Positions 20,852-30,742 of a stretch of DNA of 64,000 nt are shown here, piece after piece. The notes beneath the pieces are model-generated. The model was given only the letters and a program-made list of their open reading frames with translations, was not told the DNA's origin and did not search any database. Positions within the stretch are counted from its first letter, which is position 1. Every line of letters begins with the position of its first letter. Source of the DNA: a virus; IMG/VR virus record IMGVR_UViG_3300033512_000075, positions 1 through 64,000 of that record; one strand, given 5' to 3'. The position numbers were made by a program, and so were the translations under genes.

Positions 20852-21464
20852 GCCAGATACGTTTAAATATAATATAGCAGATGTTTACGAGTGGGTGTGG
20901 GAAGCTATATCTTTTATAGGTGCTGAAAAGGCATATGGAAGGACTACATTATCTATAGAATTAGATAATAATATGTGTATAGTTCCAAGTAATATATCTG
21001 ATGTAAGGACTATATATACTTATGAAGGAGAGGCTATGATCGAAACAAGGAATAGATTTGAGACTAATGTATTGAATGGGTATCAATATATACTGAATGG
21101 ACGGACACTAACAACTAACTACACCGGAAAAGCAGTCAATATAGAGGCATTTATATTTCCTACTGATGAAGATAATAAACCCTTAGTGCCTGACAATGTG
21201 TATGTAATAGAGGCTGTTGTATCATATGTTATATATAGATTAGCTAAGAGGGAATGGATAAAGAACAACGTTGCAGGACAAGTATACAAGGATTTAGAGC
21301 AGGGCTGGCTATTCCATGCAGAAGCAGCTAAGAACAAACTTGTAATGCCCACTGTGGACGAGATGAGGGAGCTTAATGAGCTACATGATATAAGTAGTGG
21401 AGTGAATAAAGTAATGAGGGGTAGAAATGTAGATGACTATAATCTTAACAGATATGTAGTATGA
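20802..21464 (+). CDS. Hypothetical protein (220 aa)
   Basis: ATG at 20802 is the only plausible in-frame start. It overlaps the upstream gene by 50 nt. Confidence 0.65.
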   Translation: MNYVEISRILEKINRDKPDTFKYNIADVYEWVWEAISFIGAEKAYGRTTLSIELDNNMCIVPSNISDVRTIYTYEGEAMIETRNRFETNVLNGYQYILNGRTLTTNYTGKAVNIEAFIFPTDEDNKPLVPDNVYVIEAVVSYVIYRLAKREWIKNNVAGQVYKDLEQGWLFHAEAAKNKLVMPTVDEMRELNELHDISSGVNKVMRGRNVDDYNLNRYVV

Positions 21465-21471
21465 GGTCGTA

Positions 21472-21500
21472 TTCGGTGATATTCATCTTTCTCTGGAAAT
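21472..21500 (+). promoter_or_regulatory. Copy A of the conserved bipartite element (TTCGGTGATA-TTCATCTTTCTCTGGAAAT)
   Basis: Fills nearly all of the 37-nt gap before the 1,388-aa gene (ATG at 21502). It shares an exact 19-mer, TTCATCTTTCTCTGGAAAT, with copies at 54573-54591 and (inverted) 54332-54350. Confidence 0.6.
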
Positions 21501-21501
21501 T

Positions 21502-24500
21502 ATGATTACAAAACAAAGGTTTATTAAGGGAATGGTAAGGGACAGTAATCCATTAGATTTGGACAACCAGTCCTATACGTATATGGAGAATGGAGATATA
21601 GTCAATAATGACGGAGAGTCTTTTGATGCTATATCAAATTTAAGAGGAAATAAAGAACTTCATATAGAGTTAGGAGGAGATGAGAGTCTATTCAAACATG
21701 TAAGTCCATTTGGGAGTGAGCATACTGAATGGAAGATAGTAGGTGCTGTAAATGTGAGAGATGATATAGTGTTATTTTATGCTAATAATGAAGGAACAGA
21801 ATCACGGATAGATTTACTTAAGTATGACACAGCTATAAATCATTTGGATAATAGATATTATAGAATACAACTGGTAGACTTGAATTTAGGATTTTCGCAA
21901 GATAAGATAATACATGCAATAGGTAACTATGAAGCCCCTGATAAGATAAAGGTCTATTTTGGAGAGAAGTTTGTAACTAATTCAGACATAAATACAATAA
22001 GGCAATTAAATATAGCACAAGATTTTACTGATGGTATAGGTGCTCCCGTATATGAACAGTCAAGTTATACAAGAGTTAATGGATTACTTGAGCAGGATTT
22101 AGAAATGATGGCTTTAAGCTATAATGCAGACTTAAGTAGATTGACATTTGATAGCGGTAATCTTAGAATAGGTAATGGAGTATTAAGGAACGGAACATAT
22201 CAGTATTCTTGTAGATATATAGATGATGTAGGAAGGAAGACAATGTGGAGTGAGTTGAGTCCTATAATAAGTATAACTGATAGTGTAAAGAATCAAACTA
22301 CAGGAACTGAAGGAGAAATGAATTCAGGTAAGTCTATAGAGTTTGATATAAGTATAGCATTCAACCATAATTATGATAATATAGAAATTGCTAGATTATG
22401 GAAGTCAAGTATAAATTCTACACCTGAAGTACTTATAATAGATAGAATTGGTATAAAAGGAGCTACTACAATAAGTGTTATTGATTCTTATTATGGAAGT
22501 ACATTCGGATTTGTAGATTATAATGAATTTAATATACAAGCCAACTTCTTTAAAGCTAAGACAATGGTTGTTAAAGATAATAGATTATTTATAGGTAATA
22601 TAGAAGAAGATTTCTTTGACACTGAATACGATGCTCGCATATACAGATTTAACTCAAGTAGAATAAGTGATATATATAAAGCTGATGGTACTACATTAGT
22701 GGAGTCTTTAAATGGAGCTTTAGTTAATTGGAAAGACACTGCTGAACTAATACCTATTGATTCAGATATACATAACAAGTTCAATGATATATCTTTAGAT
22801 ACTATAGGAACTAATGCATATAAGTATCAAGCTGATGGAACTACATTAGGTGCTCAAGGAGTAAATGTAAGTGTTTCATTTGATACCTCTTATGATTACA
22901 ATAATAACGATTTTAAGTTAGGCGTTATTAAGGGATTTATGTATGATGAGATATATAGTTTTGGTATTGTATTATTTGATAAGTATGGAAGGCAAAGTCC
23001 TGTAAAGTATATAGGAGATATAAGAATGCCTAAGTATCGTGATATATATCCATCATTTACATATAAAAGAGAGTACGATTTATGTGTCCCTTATTTTAAT
23101 GTAAGTAATCTTCCGGGTGAAGTAAATAACTATCAGATAGTTAGAGTAGAAAGAACTGTGAAAGATAGAACAATATTAACTCAAGGTGTATTAAGTAGTC
23201 TTGAAGATAAAGGTACTCATTTTCAACATGGTTGGTATGAACCTCAATCGCCTACATTTGAGTCTTCCGAACTATTCAGATTACATAGTCCTGAAATAAG
23301 TTTCTTTAAGGATTTGAATTTAAAAGATACTTATATAGAACAGTTAAATGATGTTAGTTATGATTATTTAGAATACGGGCATGATATAGATGCATTTGAT
23401 TCTGGAAGTGCTTGTTTCTATTACTCTGATTTAAAAGTAAGTGGCAGTGCATTATTTCCATTTAGAAATAAGATAAAGGACTTTGCAATAGCACAACAAA
23501 AGGATACTGTGTATGTAGATGGAAATACTATAGTTCCTATAGGAACAGGATTAGACACTCTTGGTGCTCCTGTTATATATTACAACAGTACTGCTTCTAT
23601 AATAGCACTTGATACTTCAATACTTGCAATAGGAAAGAGAACTCTAATTGTAAATATAAGAAGGTATATAATTCCATACGGCGCAGGTTCATATAATAAA
23701 AGATTGAATAGTGTATATGTTCCTGCAAGTATTGTATATACAGGAAATGGTACAGTAGGTTGTAGATATGGTGATACGTTTGTTAATAGATATAAGTACT
23801 TTCATGCAACTTGGATACATATACCAGAATTAGAGGCTGAATATCCGGGAGGTGTAATAGACCCTAATAACCCAGCATCACTTAAAATATACTCTGCTGC
23901 ACATATAATAGATACTATAGTAGAAAGTTCAATTAATTTGAAGTTAAGACATGATGATTTTTATTCAATAGGAAACTCCAATATAGATGCTATACAAGTA
24001 CAAGAGGAAGGACTTACCTTAACTGATAGCAGGGTATTAAAATTAGGTGATGGCAGAGAAACACAACATAATGCTATAGTAGATATATCTCCTACATACT
24101 TATATAATTCAGTATATAGTAGTATAAATAAAACTAAATTAGCAATACAGTTACCAGCCGACAGATTAAAGAATTATGTAGCAGATACTATGATAAGATA
24201 CAGTGAAAAGAAGATATCAGGAGAGTTATATGATAGTTGGTTAGATTTCAAAGCTAATAACTATAGTACATTAGATGCTAATTATGGCTCACTTAATTAC
24301 ATGGTTAGATTAAATGATAACGTATTTGTATTTCAAGATAATGCAGTAGTAGCACTTAGTATAAGTCCTACAGTACAAACAACAACAGATAGTGGACTAC
24401 CTGTAGTGCTTGGTAAGGGAGATATTATACATTCGCATCAGTATCTATCTACTAATGTAGGAATACAGAAGTGTAATGAAGCAGTAGTTAGTGTATCTTT

Positions 24501-25668
24501 TATATATTGGATTGATTTGAATAGAAAGAAGTTATATAGATTTGGAGAAGGCATACAGTCAATATCAGATATAAAAGGAGTGAGTAGTTACTTTAAGCAA
24601 ACTTTAAATAAGAATACGAGATTCTTAGGGGTATATGATAATTCAAGGACTTGTGTTATGTTGTCCATAGTAAATGATTCAATAGGAGTTAAGTATGATG
24701 ACAATACATTTACAGTAAGTGTGGGATTTGAATTTACCTATCTAACAGGAGATACAACTAACGTAATAATGGAAACAGGCTTGATATATAAATTAAATAC
24801 AAGCAGTGGAAAGGAAGGTACTTATAGATTAACAGGTATTTATGAAACTAATTTAGAATTTGAGTATCTGTACGGAGATGAGTTTATAAATGCCGATAAG
24901 GTGTATATGCACAAATTTATAGACTTAAAGAACAACTACACTATGGTATTTAATGAACCTCTTAATTTGTTTATAGGGTTCGAGACTTTTATACCAGACT
25001 TGTATTTAAAGACACCTAAGGGGTTTATGACATCTAATAACGCTAATTTATTATATGAACATAATTTAGGAGAGTATGGTGAGTACTATGGAATTACATA
25101 TCCATTAATGTTTGAATATGTATTGAATCCACAATCATCTAATGCTTATTATGAAGCCATAGAATTGATAAATGAACTAACTACAGGTGAAAGAAAGCTG
25201 GAAGGTAAGTCAAATTATATCGGTATAGAGAATAGGACAATAACTGAAATAAGGGGAATTACTAATACACAGCAATCGGAGTACATTGATTTGTTTGTAA
25301 AGAATTCGACAGCAATGACTGAAACAGAACTTAATACAAGTACAGGAGAATATGAAGCAACTGATAATCAGTCCTTTTTAAACTATGCAGGAAGTAGTAG
25401 GGTAATAGCAGACACCAATGGAGTTAAAACAGATACTGTGTATCCGGCTTACCTATATAATATAAGTAAAGATTTGAATCAATTTAAGACAGCGGTACCA
25501 AGAAATAAGACAGGCTTAACTTATACAGATGAAGGATACAGTAAAGCAATAAATGAGTTGCTTAATGGAAATTATTGTAAGATACGGGTTTTATATGATA
25601 ATAGTATGATAGGAGGAAGATTTAAGATATTAGATATAATGACACATTTTGAACCATATACATTATGA
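21502..25668 (+). CDS. Large tail structural protein (1,388 aa; candidate tail-stabilisation/muzzle-type protein)
   Basis: Very large beta-rich ORF at the end of the tail module, where crAss-like phages encode their largest tail protein. The functional label is positional only. Confidence 0.5.
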   Translation: MITKQRFIKGMVRDSNPLDLDNQSYTYMENGDIVNNDGESFDAISNLRGNKELHIELGGDESLFKHVSPFGSEHTEWKIVGAVNVRDDIVLFYANNEGTESRIDLLKYDTAINHLDNRYYRIQLVDLNLGFSQDKIIHAIGNYEAPDKIKVYFGEKFVTNSDINTIRQLNIAQDFTDGIGAPVYEQSSYTRVNGLLEQDLEMMALSYNADLSRLTFDSGNLRIGNGVLRNGTYQYSCRYIDDVGRKTMWSELSPIISITDSVKNQTTGTEGEMNSGKSIEFDISIAFNHNYDNIEIARLWKSSINSTPEVLIIDRIGIKGATTISVIDSYYGSTFGFVDYNEFNIQANFFKAKTMVVKDNRLFIGNIEEDFFDTEYDARIYRFNSSRISDIYKADGTTLVESLNGALVNWKDTAELIPIDSDIHNKFNDISLDTIGTNAYKYQADGTTLGAQGVNVSVSFDTSYDYNNNDFKLGVIKGFMYDEIYSFGIVLFDKYGRQSPVKYIGDIRMPKYRDIYPSFTYKREYDLCVPYFNVSNLPGEVNNYQIVRVERTVKDRTILTQGVLSSLEDKGTHFQHGWYEPQSPTFESSELFRLHSPEISFFKDLNLKDTYIEQLNDVSYDYLEYGHDIDAFDSGSACFYYSDLKVSGSALFPFRNKIKDFAIAQQKDTVYVDGNTIVPIGTGLDTLGAPVIYYNSTASIIALDTSILAIGKRTLIVNIRRYIIPYGAGSYNKRLNSVYVPASIVYTGNGTVGCRYGDTFVNRYKYFHATWIHIPELEAEYPGGVIDPNNPASLKIYSAAHIIDTIVESSINLKLRHDDFYSIGNSNIDAIQVQEEGLTLTDSRVLKLGDGRETQHNAIVDISPTYLYNSVYSSINKTKLAIQLPADRLKNYVADTMIRYSEKKISGELYDSWLDFKANNYSTLDANYGSLNYMVRLNDNVFVFQDNAVVALSISPTVQTTTDSGLPVVLGKGDIIHSHQYLSTNVGIQKCNEAVVSVSFIYWIDLNRKKLYRFGEGIQSISDIKGVSSYFKQTLNKNTRFLGVYDNSRTCVMLSIVNDSIGVKYDDNTFTVSVGFEFTYLTGDTTNVIMETGLIYKLNTSSGKEGTYRLTGIYETNLEFEYLYGDEFINADKVYMHKFIDLKNNYTMVFNEPLNLFIGFETFIPDLYLKTPKGFMTSNNANLLYEHNLGEYGEYYGITYPLMFEYVLNPQSSNAYYEAIELINELTTGERKLEGKSNYIGIENRTITEIRGITNTQQSEYIDLFVKNSTAMTETELNTSTGEYEATDNQSFLNYAGSSRVIADTNGVKTDTVYPAYLYNISKDLNQFKTAVPRNKTGLTYTDEGYSKAINELLNGNYCKIRVLYDNSMIGGRFKILDIMTHFEPYTL

Positions 25669-28163
25669 GATTTAAAAAACAAGAAGTATATAATTTAAAG
25701 AAAGCTAAGTGGGGAGAGATATTAACTGCTGCAAGTGGTGTGGCAAGTATGGTACCGGGAGGACAGGTAATAGGTGCTGTAGGTGGAATTGCTGGTATGG
25801 GATTAAGTGCTTGGGAAGCTAATAATGAGAGATTGAAAGAAGAGCAGAGAATGAAACAAGAGCAGTTACAGCAATCAGCACAAGGTAGACTACAGACCAA
25901 TCTACAAAACTACGATTTAAATATACCTACATTTGCTTATGGTGGACAAATGCCACCTCAACAAGTAAGACAACAACAAGTTACACCAATAGCAGGAAAT
26001 ACACATGAACAGGGAGGTACTAATTTAGCTAATGTAGTTGAGGCAGAGCAAGGAGAAGCTAAACAAGGTAATGTAATATATAGTGATAGGCTTAAGATAG
26101 AAAAGAAGGATTTAGATAGGTATCAATTACCTAAGAAGTATTTAGGAAAGACTATTGCAGATATTGCAAAAGATATAGAATCGCAGTTCAGTCTTAGGAA
26201 GTTGGATAGTTTAGATAATAAAGAGAAGCAAAGACGATTAGATGACTTGACACAGATACAAGAAGTAAAGAAAGTAGAACAAGAGAATAAGACATATAAT
26301 AACGACTTGAAGCAAGGCAGAGTAGAGATTACACCTGAAATGATGCAAGATATGCAAGGAATACAACAACAAGATATGATGGGACAACAGGCACAAATGC
26401 AACAACAAGTGACTCCTGAAGTGCAACAACAAATGATGATGCAACAACAAGGAGGACAGATACCTATGATGATGTATGGTGGCAGACTGCCTAAGGCTGC
26501 ATTTGGACGTACTATACCACCTGAAATAAATGATAAATATAAACAGAGTGCAGAAGAATATTATAGACAAGGAGGAATAGCAGATTATCCTGTAATGGGT
26601 AATTATAGTCCTCAAGATGAAGCATATAATGCAAGTTTAAGACCTATAAGTCAATTAGTAGATACTCCTTATGGTAAAGAAGCTGCATCGAGTAGAAGGT
26701 TTCCTTTATTTAGTAAAAAGATAGATGAAAGCAACCTAAATAATATAGCACCTTCATTTACATCTACTTCTAATTTTGTAGTTAATGATTATGGAACATC
26801 TATTAATCCACCCGGTGTTATAGATACGGGTTCGGGTTCAGGAGACCCAAGAATAGACACTACTGATATAACAAAAGGATATACGCCAAGAACTGATAAC
26901 ACGAGTAATAATAACATACAATCGAATAATACTGTGAGTTCAGGTAATCCTCTAATATATGAGTATGGAGTAAGTAAAGACCCTATGGAGTTTAGAAAGT
27001 CTTATGATAAAGGTATTAATTTAAATACAAATTCCAGAGAAAATAGAACAAGTACCGGAAATACAAATTCTAGTAATGTATTAACAAGTAGTAATGTAGC
27101 AGACTTAAATGCAACACAAGATTTAAGTTTCTTATCTCAAAGATCAAATAGTAATATAAACACAAGTAATAAAACTAATCCATCAGCAAATGTAGGTACT
27201 GTATCTATATCACCTGCAAATACAAGTAATGGAATATCAAATAATATAGGTACGACACAATCAGGTACAAATCCACTACAAAGCAAAGACTGGTATAATA
27301 ATGGATATGGAAGACAGAAAGCAGAAGCAAATAGCAATAAGGGAGTACTACCAAGCGATTATATAACTAAACGTGAAATTAATCAAGGAGGCGGTTCAGG
27401 AAATCCTATGGTAGATAATAGTGGCTTATTTACAGGAATACAAGGGGCTGAAGGAAATAGTAATTATACAATGCCTGTATTTGATAGTACTGGTGCTAAT
27501 ATAGCCAACAAGGCAGCTTATACATCAGCAGACAATACAGGTGATCCCAACATGGGCACGGAGTTCAATTTTAACTACGAACAACCCAATGCCTTCTTAT
27601 CTAATTTAGGTGGTATGTATGATATAGCAAGAGGTATACATGGATTACTTAAACCACAAAAGAAGTTCTCAAGAATCAAGCCTGATTATGTAAGAGCTTC
27701 CTATGTAGACCCACAAAGAGCCCTTCAAGATGTATCTAATTCATATGGAAGTGCCGCTAATGTGGTAAGAAATAACAGTATAGGAGGAGGTAATTATATG
27801 TCTAATATGCTTGCATTGAAAGGGCAGGAAGGACAAGACAGAGCAAGAACAAATCAGGCTTATGATGAAGCCAATGTAGGAATAGCTAACCAGTATAAAG
27901 GAGTAAATGCACAGATGAATGTAGGTACACAACAAGCCAACTCACAAATACAACAGTATGAAGAGATGGTAAATCAACAAGAGAGAGATGTTGCATCTAA
28001 TATGATACAAGGAGGACTTACAGATATGTCTGGACATTATTTACAGAGACAAGGAGACCAGAATCAGTATAATATGCAAACGGCTACACTTCCTTTCTTA
28101 TCACAGAACAATATAAAGGTATACCAAGACAAAGGTAAATGGTATTATAAATATCAAAAGTAA
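25665..28163 (+). CDS. Low-complexity virion protein (832 aa), putative ejected/internal protein
   Basis: N-terminal glycine-zipper-like hydrophobic stretch 'AASGVASMVPGGQVIGAVGGIAGMGLSAW'. Two 'YGG[QR][ML]P' motifs and 'GNTHEQGG'. Q/M-rich and N/S/T-rich tracts. ATGA overlap with the upstream gene. Confidence 0.5.
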   Translation: MRFKKQEVYNLKKAKWGEILTAASGVASMVPGGQVIGAVGGIAGMGLSAWEANNERLKEEQRMKQEQLQQSAQGRLQTNLQNYDLNIPTFAYGGQMPPQQVRQQQVTPIAGNTHEQGGTNLANVVEAEQGEAKQGNVIYSDRLKIEKKDLDRYQLPKKYLGKTIADIAKDIESQFSLRKLDSLDNKEKQRRLDDLTQIQEVKKVEQENKTYNNDLKQGRVEITPEMMQDMQGIQQQDMMGQQAQMQQQVTPEVQQQMMMQQQGGQIPMMMYGGRLPKAAFGRTIPPEINDKYKQSAEEYYRQGGIADYPVMGNYSPQDEAYNASLRPISQLVDTPYGKEAASSRRFPLFSKKIDESNLNNIAPSFTSTSNFVVNDYGTSINPPGVIDTGSGSGDPRIDTTDITKGYTPRTDNTSNNNIQSNNTVSSGNPLIYEYGVSKDPMEFRKSYDKGINLNTNSRENRTSTGNTNSSNVLTSSNVADLNATQDLSFLSQRSNSNINTSNKTNPSANVGTVSISPANTSNGISNNIGTTQSGTNPLQSKDWYNNGYGRQKAEANSNKGVLPSDYITKREINQGGGSGNPMVDNSGLFTGIQGAEGNSNYTMPVFDSTGANIANKAAYTSADNTGDPNMGTEFNFNYEQPNAFLSNLGGMYDIARGIHGLLKPQKKFSRIKPDYVRASYVDPQRALQDVSNSYGSAANVVRNNSIGGGNYMSNMLALKGQEGQDRARTNQAYDEANVGIANQYKGVNAQMNVGTQQANSQIQQYEEMVNQQERDVASNMIQGGLTDMSGHYLQRQGDQNQYNMQTATLPFLSQNNIKVYQDKGKWYYKYQK
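27032..27062 (-). repeat. Copy F (degenerate) of the bipartite element, in coding sequence
   Basis: The plus strand reads TTCCAGAGAAAATAGAACAAGTACCGGAAAT. Confidence 0.4.
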
Positions 28164-28273
28164 TTGATTAAGTAAAATCGTTTCTAATCGCTCCAAATTT
28201 TTGATTCGATTCAGTTATCATTTTATATTTTTTAATTCATTAAAATCGATTTTTATAGCTTTTTATAGAATTT

Positions 28274-28307
28274 AACCGACAATCTGACTAAGGTTGTCGG
28301 TTTTTTT
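28274..28307 (+). terminator. Rho-independent terminator
   Basis: Stem AACCGACAA (28274-28282) pairs with TTGTCGGTT (28294-28302), followed by a T-run to 28307. It lies in the only sizeable intergenic gap of the plus-strand block (28164-28344). Confidence 0.7.
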
Positions 28308-28344
28308 ATGCAGTTACATAGTATTTAATTAAACATATAACATA

Positions 28345-30741
28345 ATGGCAAGGTATTTTCAACGTGAAAGAAGTTTACCACAAAGCACATATGCACCTAT
28401 TAATTTGGGTGCTGTTAATCAATTTCTGACAGAGAAGCAGAAAGGAGTAGACCAGTTAATGGGAGCAGCTGATGAAATAAAAGACCAACAGTTAGAGTAC
28501 GAAGCAATCAAACAGTATGAGGGATTAGGGCAAGATGCTAAAGACTATGCAGTAGTTAAAGGAGCTGCAGATGAATGGTATGCAGAAAAGGAAAAGGCGC
28601 TTAATTTCTTGACTAATGATTTGAATTTAGATAATTTAGGGGATGCTACAAGAAGTATAGCTAAATTAAAGAATAAGAAATATAATATGGAATCAGGTAT
28701 ATTTAAAGTGGCAAGTGAGAATTTGCAATTATATAATAAAGCAAAGAACGATTTGATGCAGAATGCAAGAACAGAAGGTATAGGTGATTATGAGCAATCT
28801 GTTTTATTGAGAGAGTTAGAACAGCAGTATGTTAATAAAGGTGAATTGAAAGGAAATAGTGGAGATTTTAATACATTTGGTTCTTATAATCCATATGCTT
28901 TTACTAATACAGGTAAGTTTGTAATGGATGTAGGTAAGACAGAGATAGATAAAGAAGGAATTACTAAGATATATCAAACTACTATAGGAGGTGCTCCTTA
29001 TATAAGAAAAGATCATTCAACTACAGAAGAAAGAAGCCCTGAAGAAATAGCTCTTATAGGATTTACTTCTATGACAGGTAATAGAAAAGAAAACGCTTCC
29101 TTAGAGTCTCAAATAGAAATAAAAGGAAAAGCAATATTTGATAAGACTTACTATGATTTAATTAAATCAGGTGTGAATAAAGACGAAGCAAGAATAGAAG
29201 CTAATAAGAAAAGACAAGAAGTAGTTGATTTTGAGAATGAAGCGAGAAATCCTGAAAACTACGGAGCTATTACAAAAGAAGGTTTTTCTTTTGATAATTT
29301 AAGTAAAGATGGATTTAATAACAAGTATGCAGGTACTATATATGGTAATGCTTTAAATCAAAGTATTATACATAATGCAGTTAAAAAAACTGATTTAGAT
29401 TCTACTATACAGGAAAAATTGAATTGGAATTACGCAGGTGGTGGAGGAGAATATGAAAAGAAATCTCCGGGAACCGCTATATTCCATACAGATGAAAATA
29501 AGAAAGACATAACAGAACAAAACAAAAGCTACTCTCAAAACGCAGATAAGATAACACAACTAAAAGCACAAATAGCAGCTAATCCTAACGACTTGAATGC
29601 TAAGAGTGAGTTAATGAAAGTAGAAGAAGCCCAAAACTCATTATCTTATAATTTGAATGGTAGATATACAACTAAGGATGGAAAGAACCTTATAAATGAA
29701 ACAGAGAATATATTAGCTAAACAGATGCAGGAAGCATTTAAAAATAAAACAATGTCTAACGAAGACATAAAAAAATACAACACAGCAATAAATAAAGTAG
29801 AAGATTATGTACTAAGATATGGACCAGAAGAAGGATTAAATAAGGTACAAGAAGAAATAGATAATATAGATAAAGTGTTGGGAGACACAGAAGGATTCTT
29901 CTCTACTGTAGGAACTTTAGTTAATCCTATATTAGGTGTTGCTGGAACAGTAATAAACAGTTGGTCAGATGTTACAAATAGTGAAGCTTCAGATAATGTA
30001 TTGAATGATATGAAGAAACAACTAAAGGCTGCAGAATTAGATGTTAGCGGATATACTACAGGAATGGTTATGTATGGAAATAGCGAGAAGAGTCAAGCAA
30101 AACAAGTACAGGATTATATGAAAGAAGGATTAAAACAAAACGCTATTACTGATATGGCTGGTAATAAGATAGAAACTAAGGAAACAGATGAATTAGTGTT
30201 TGCTGCTGCTACAGGAAGTAATACACACGGAGTATTAATACAAAGGTATAAGGATGAAGAGGGAAAGGACGTAGTGAAGGAAACACAAGTAATGATTGAT
30301 ATGAGTGAAGAACAAGGAAGAAGATTTAAAACCATGCAAGGAACAGACGCCATGCAAGATTTCATAGAAGATACACACAACACTTCTGTCGGCTCTTTAA
30401 CTAATGCTGATATAAATGATATGGCAAGTAAAGGGTCTGTATTTGCAATGGAGGGAAGTTATACTAATGGAGAAAAATTAGCAGTAGCAGACAAAGGAAC
30501 TAAATTAGTACTAAAGGGAGTTAATCCGGCATTTGGTACTTTTGAAGTAGAGGCTTTAGGAAATCAAAAATTTAAAGTAAAAGATGGCACAGGCAACGGA
30601 TACATAAAAGATAGATATAAGAAAGCTGACGGTACTATAGAAGAGTTTGATAAAGAGTTTAATTTATTCGATATAGGCGAACTAACCACATTAAGAAATA
30701 AGAAGTACATGGATGAAGTAAAACAAAATAAAAACGAATAA
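28345..30741 (+). CDS. Hypothetical virion/cargo protein (798 aa)
   Basis: First gene after the internal terminator. K/E-rich with no recognisable motif. Confidence 0.6.
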   Translation: MARYFQRERSLPQSTYAPINLGAVNQFLTEKQKGVDQLMGAADEIKDQQLEYEAIKQYEGLGQDAKDYAVVKGAADEWYAEKEKALNFLTNDLNLDNLGDATRSIAKLKNKKYNMESGIFKVASENLQLYNKAKNDLMQNARTEGIGDYEQSVLLRELEQQYVNKGELKGNSGDFNTFGSYNPYAFTNTGKFVMDVGKTEIDKEGITKIYQTTIGGAPYIRKDHSTTEERSPEEIALIGFTSMTGNRKENASLESQIEIKGKAIFDKTYYDLIKSGVNKDEARIEANKKRQEVVDFENEARNPENYGAITKEGFSFDNLSKDGFNNKYAGTIYGNALNQSIIHNAVKKTDLDSTIQEKLNWNYAGGGGEYEKKSPGTAIFHTDENKKDITEQNKSYSQNADKITQLKAQIAANPNDLNAKSELMKVEEAQNSLSYNLNGRYTTKDGKNLINETENILAKQMQEAFKNKTMSNEDIKKYNTAINKVEDYVLRYGPEEGLNKVQEEIDNIDKVLGDTEGFFSTVGTLVNPILGVAGTVINSWSDVTNSEASDNVLNDMKKQLKAAELDVSGYTTGMVMYGNSEKSQAKQVQDYMKEGLKQNAITDMAGNKIETKETDELVFAAATGSNTHGVLIQRYKDEEGKDVVKETQVMIDMSEEQGRRFKTMQGTDAMQDFIEDTHNTSVGSLTNADINDMASKGSVFAMEGSYTNGEKLAVADKGTKLVLKGVNPAFGTFEVEALGNQKFKVKDGTGNGYIKDRYKKADGTIEEFDKEFNLFDIGELTTLRNKKYMDEVKQNKNE

Positions 30742-30742
30742 C

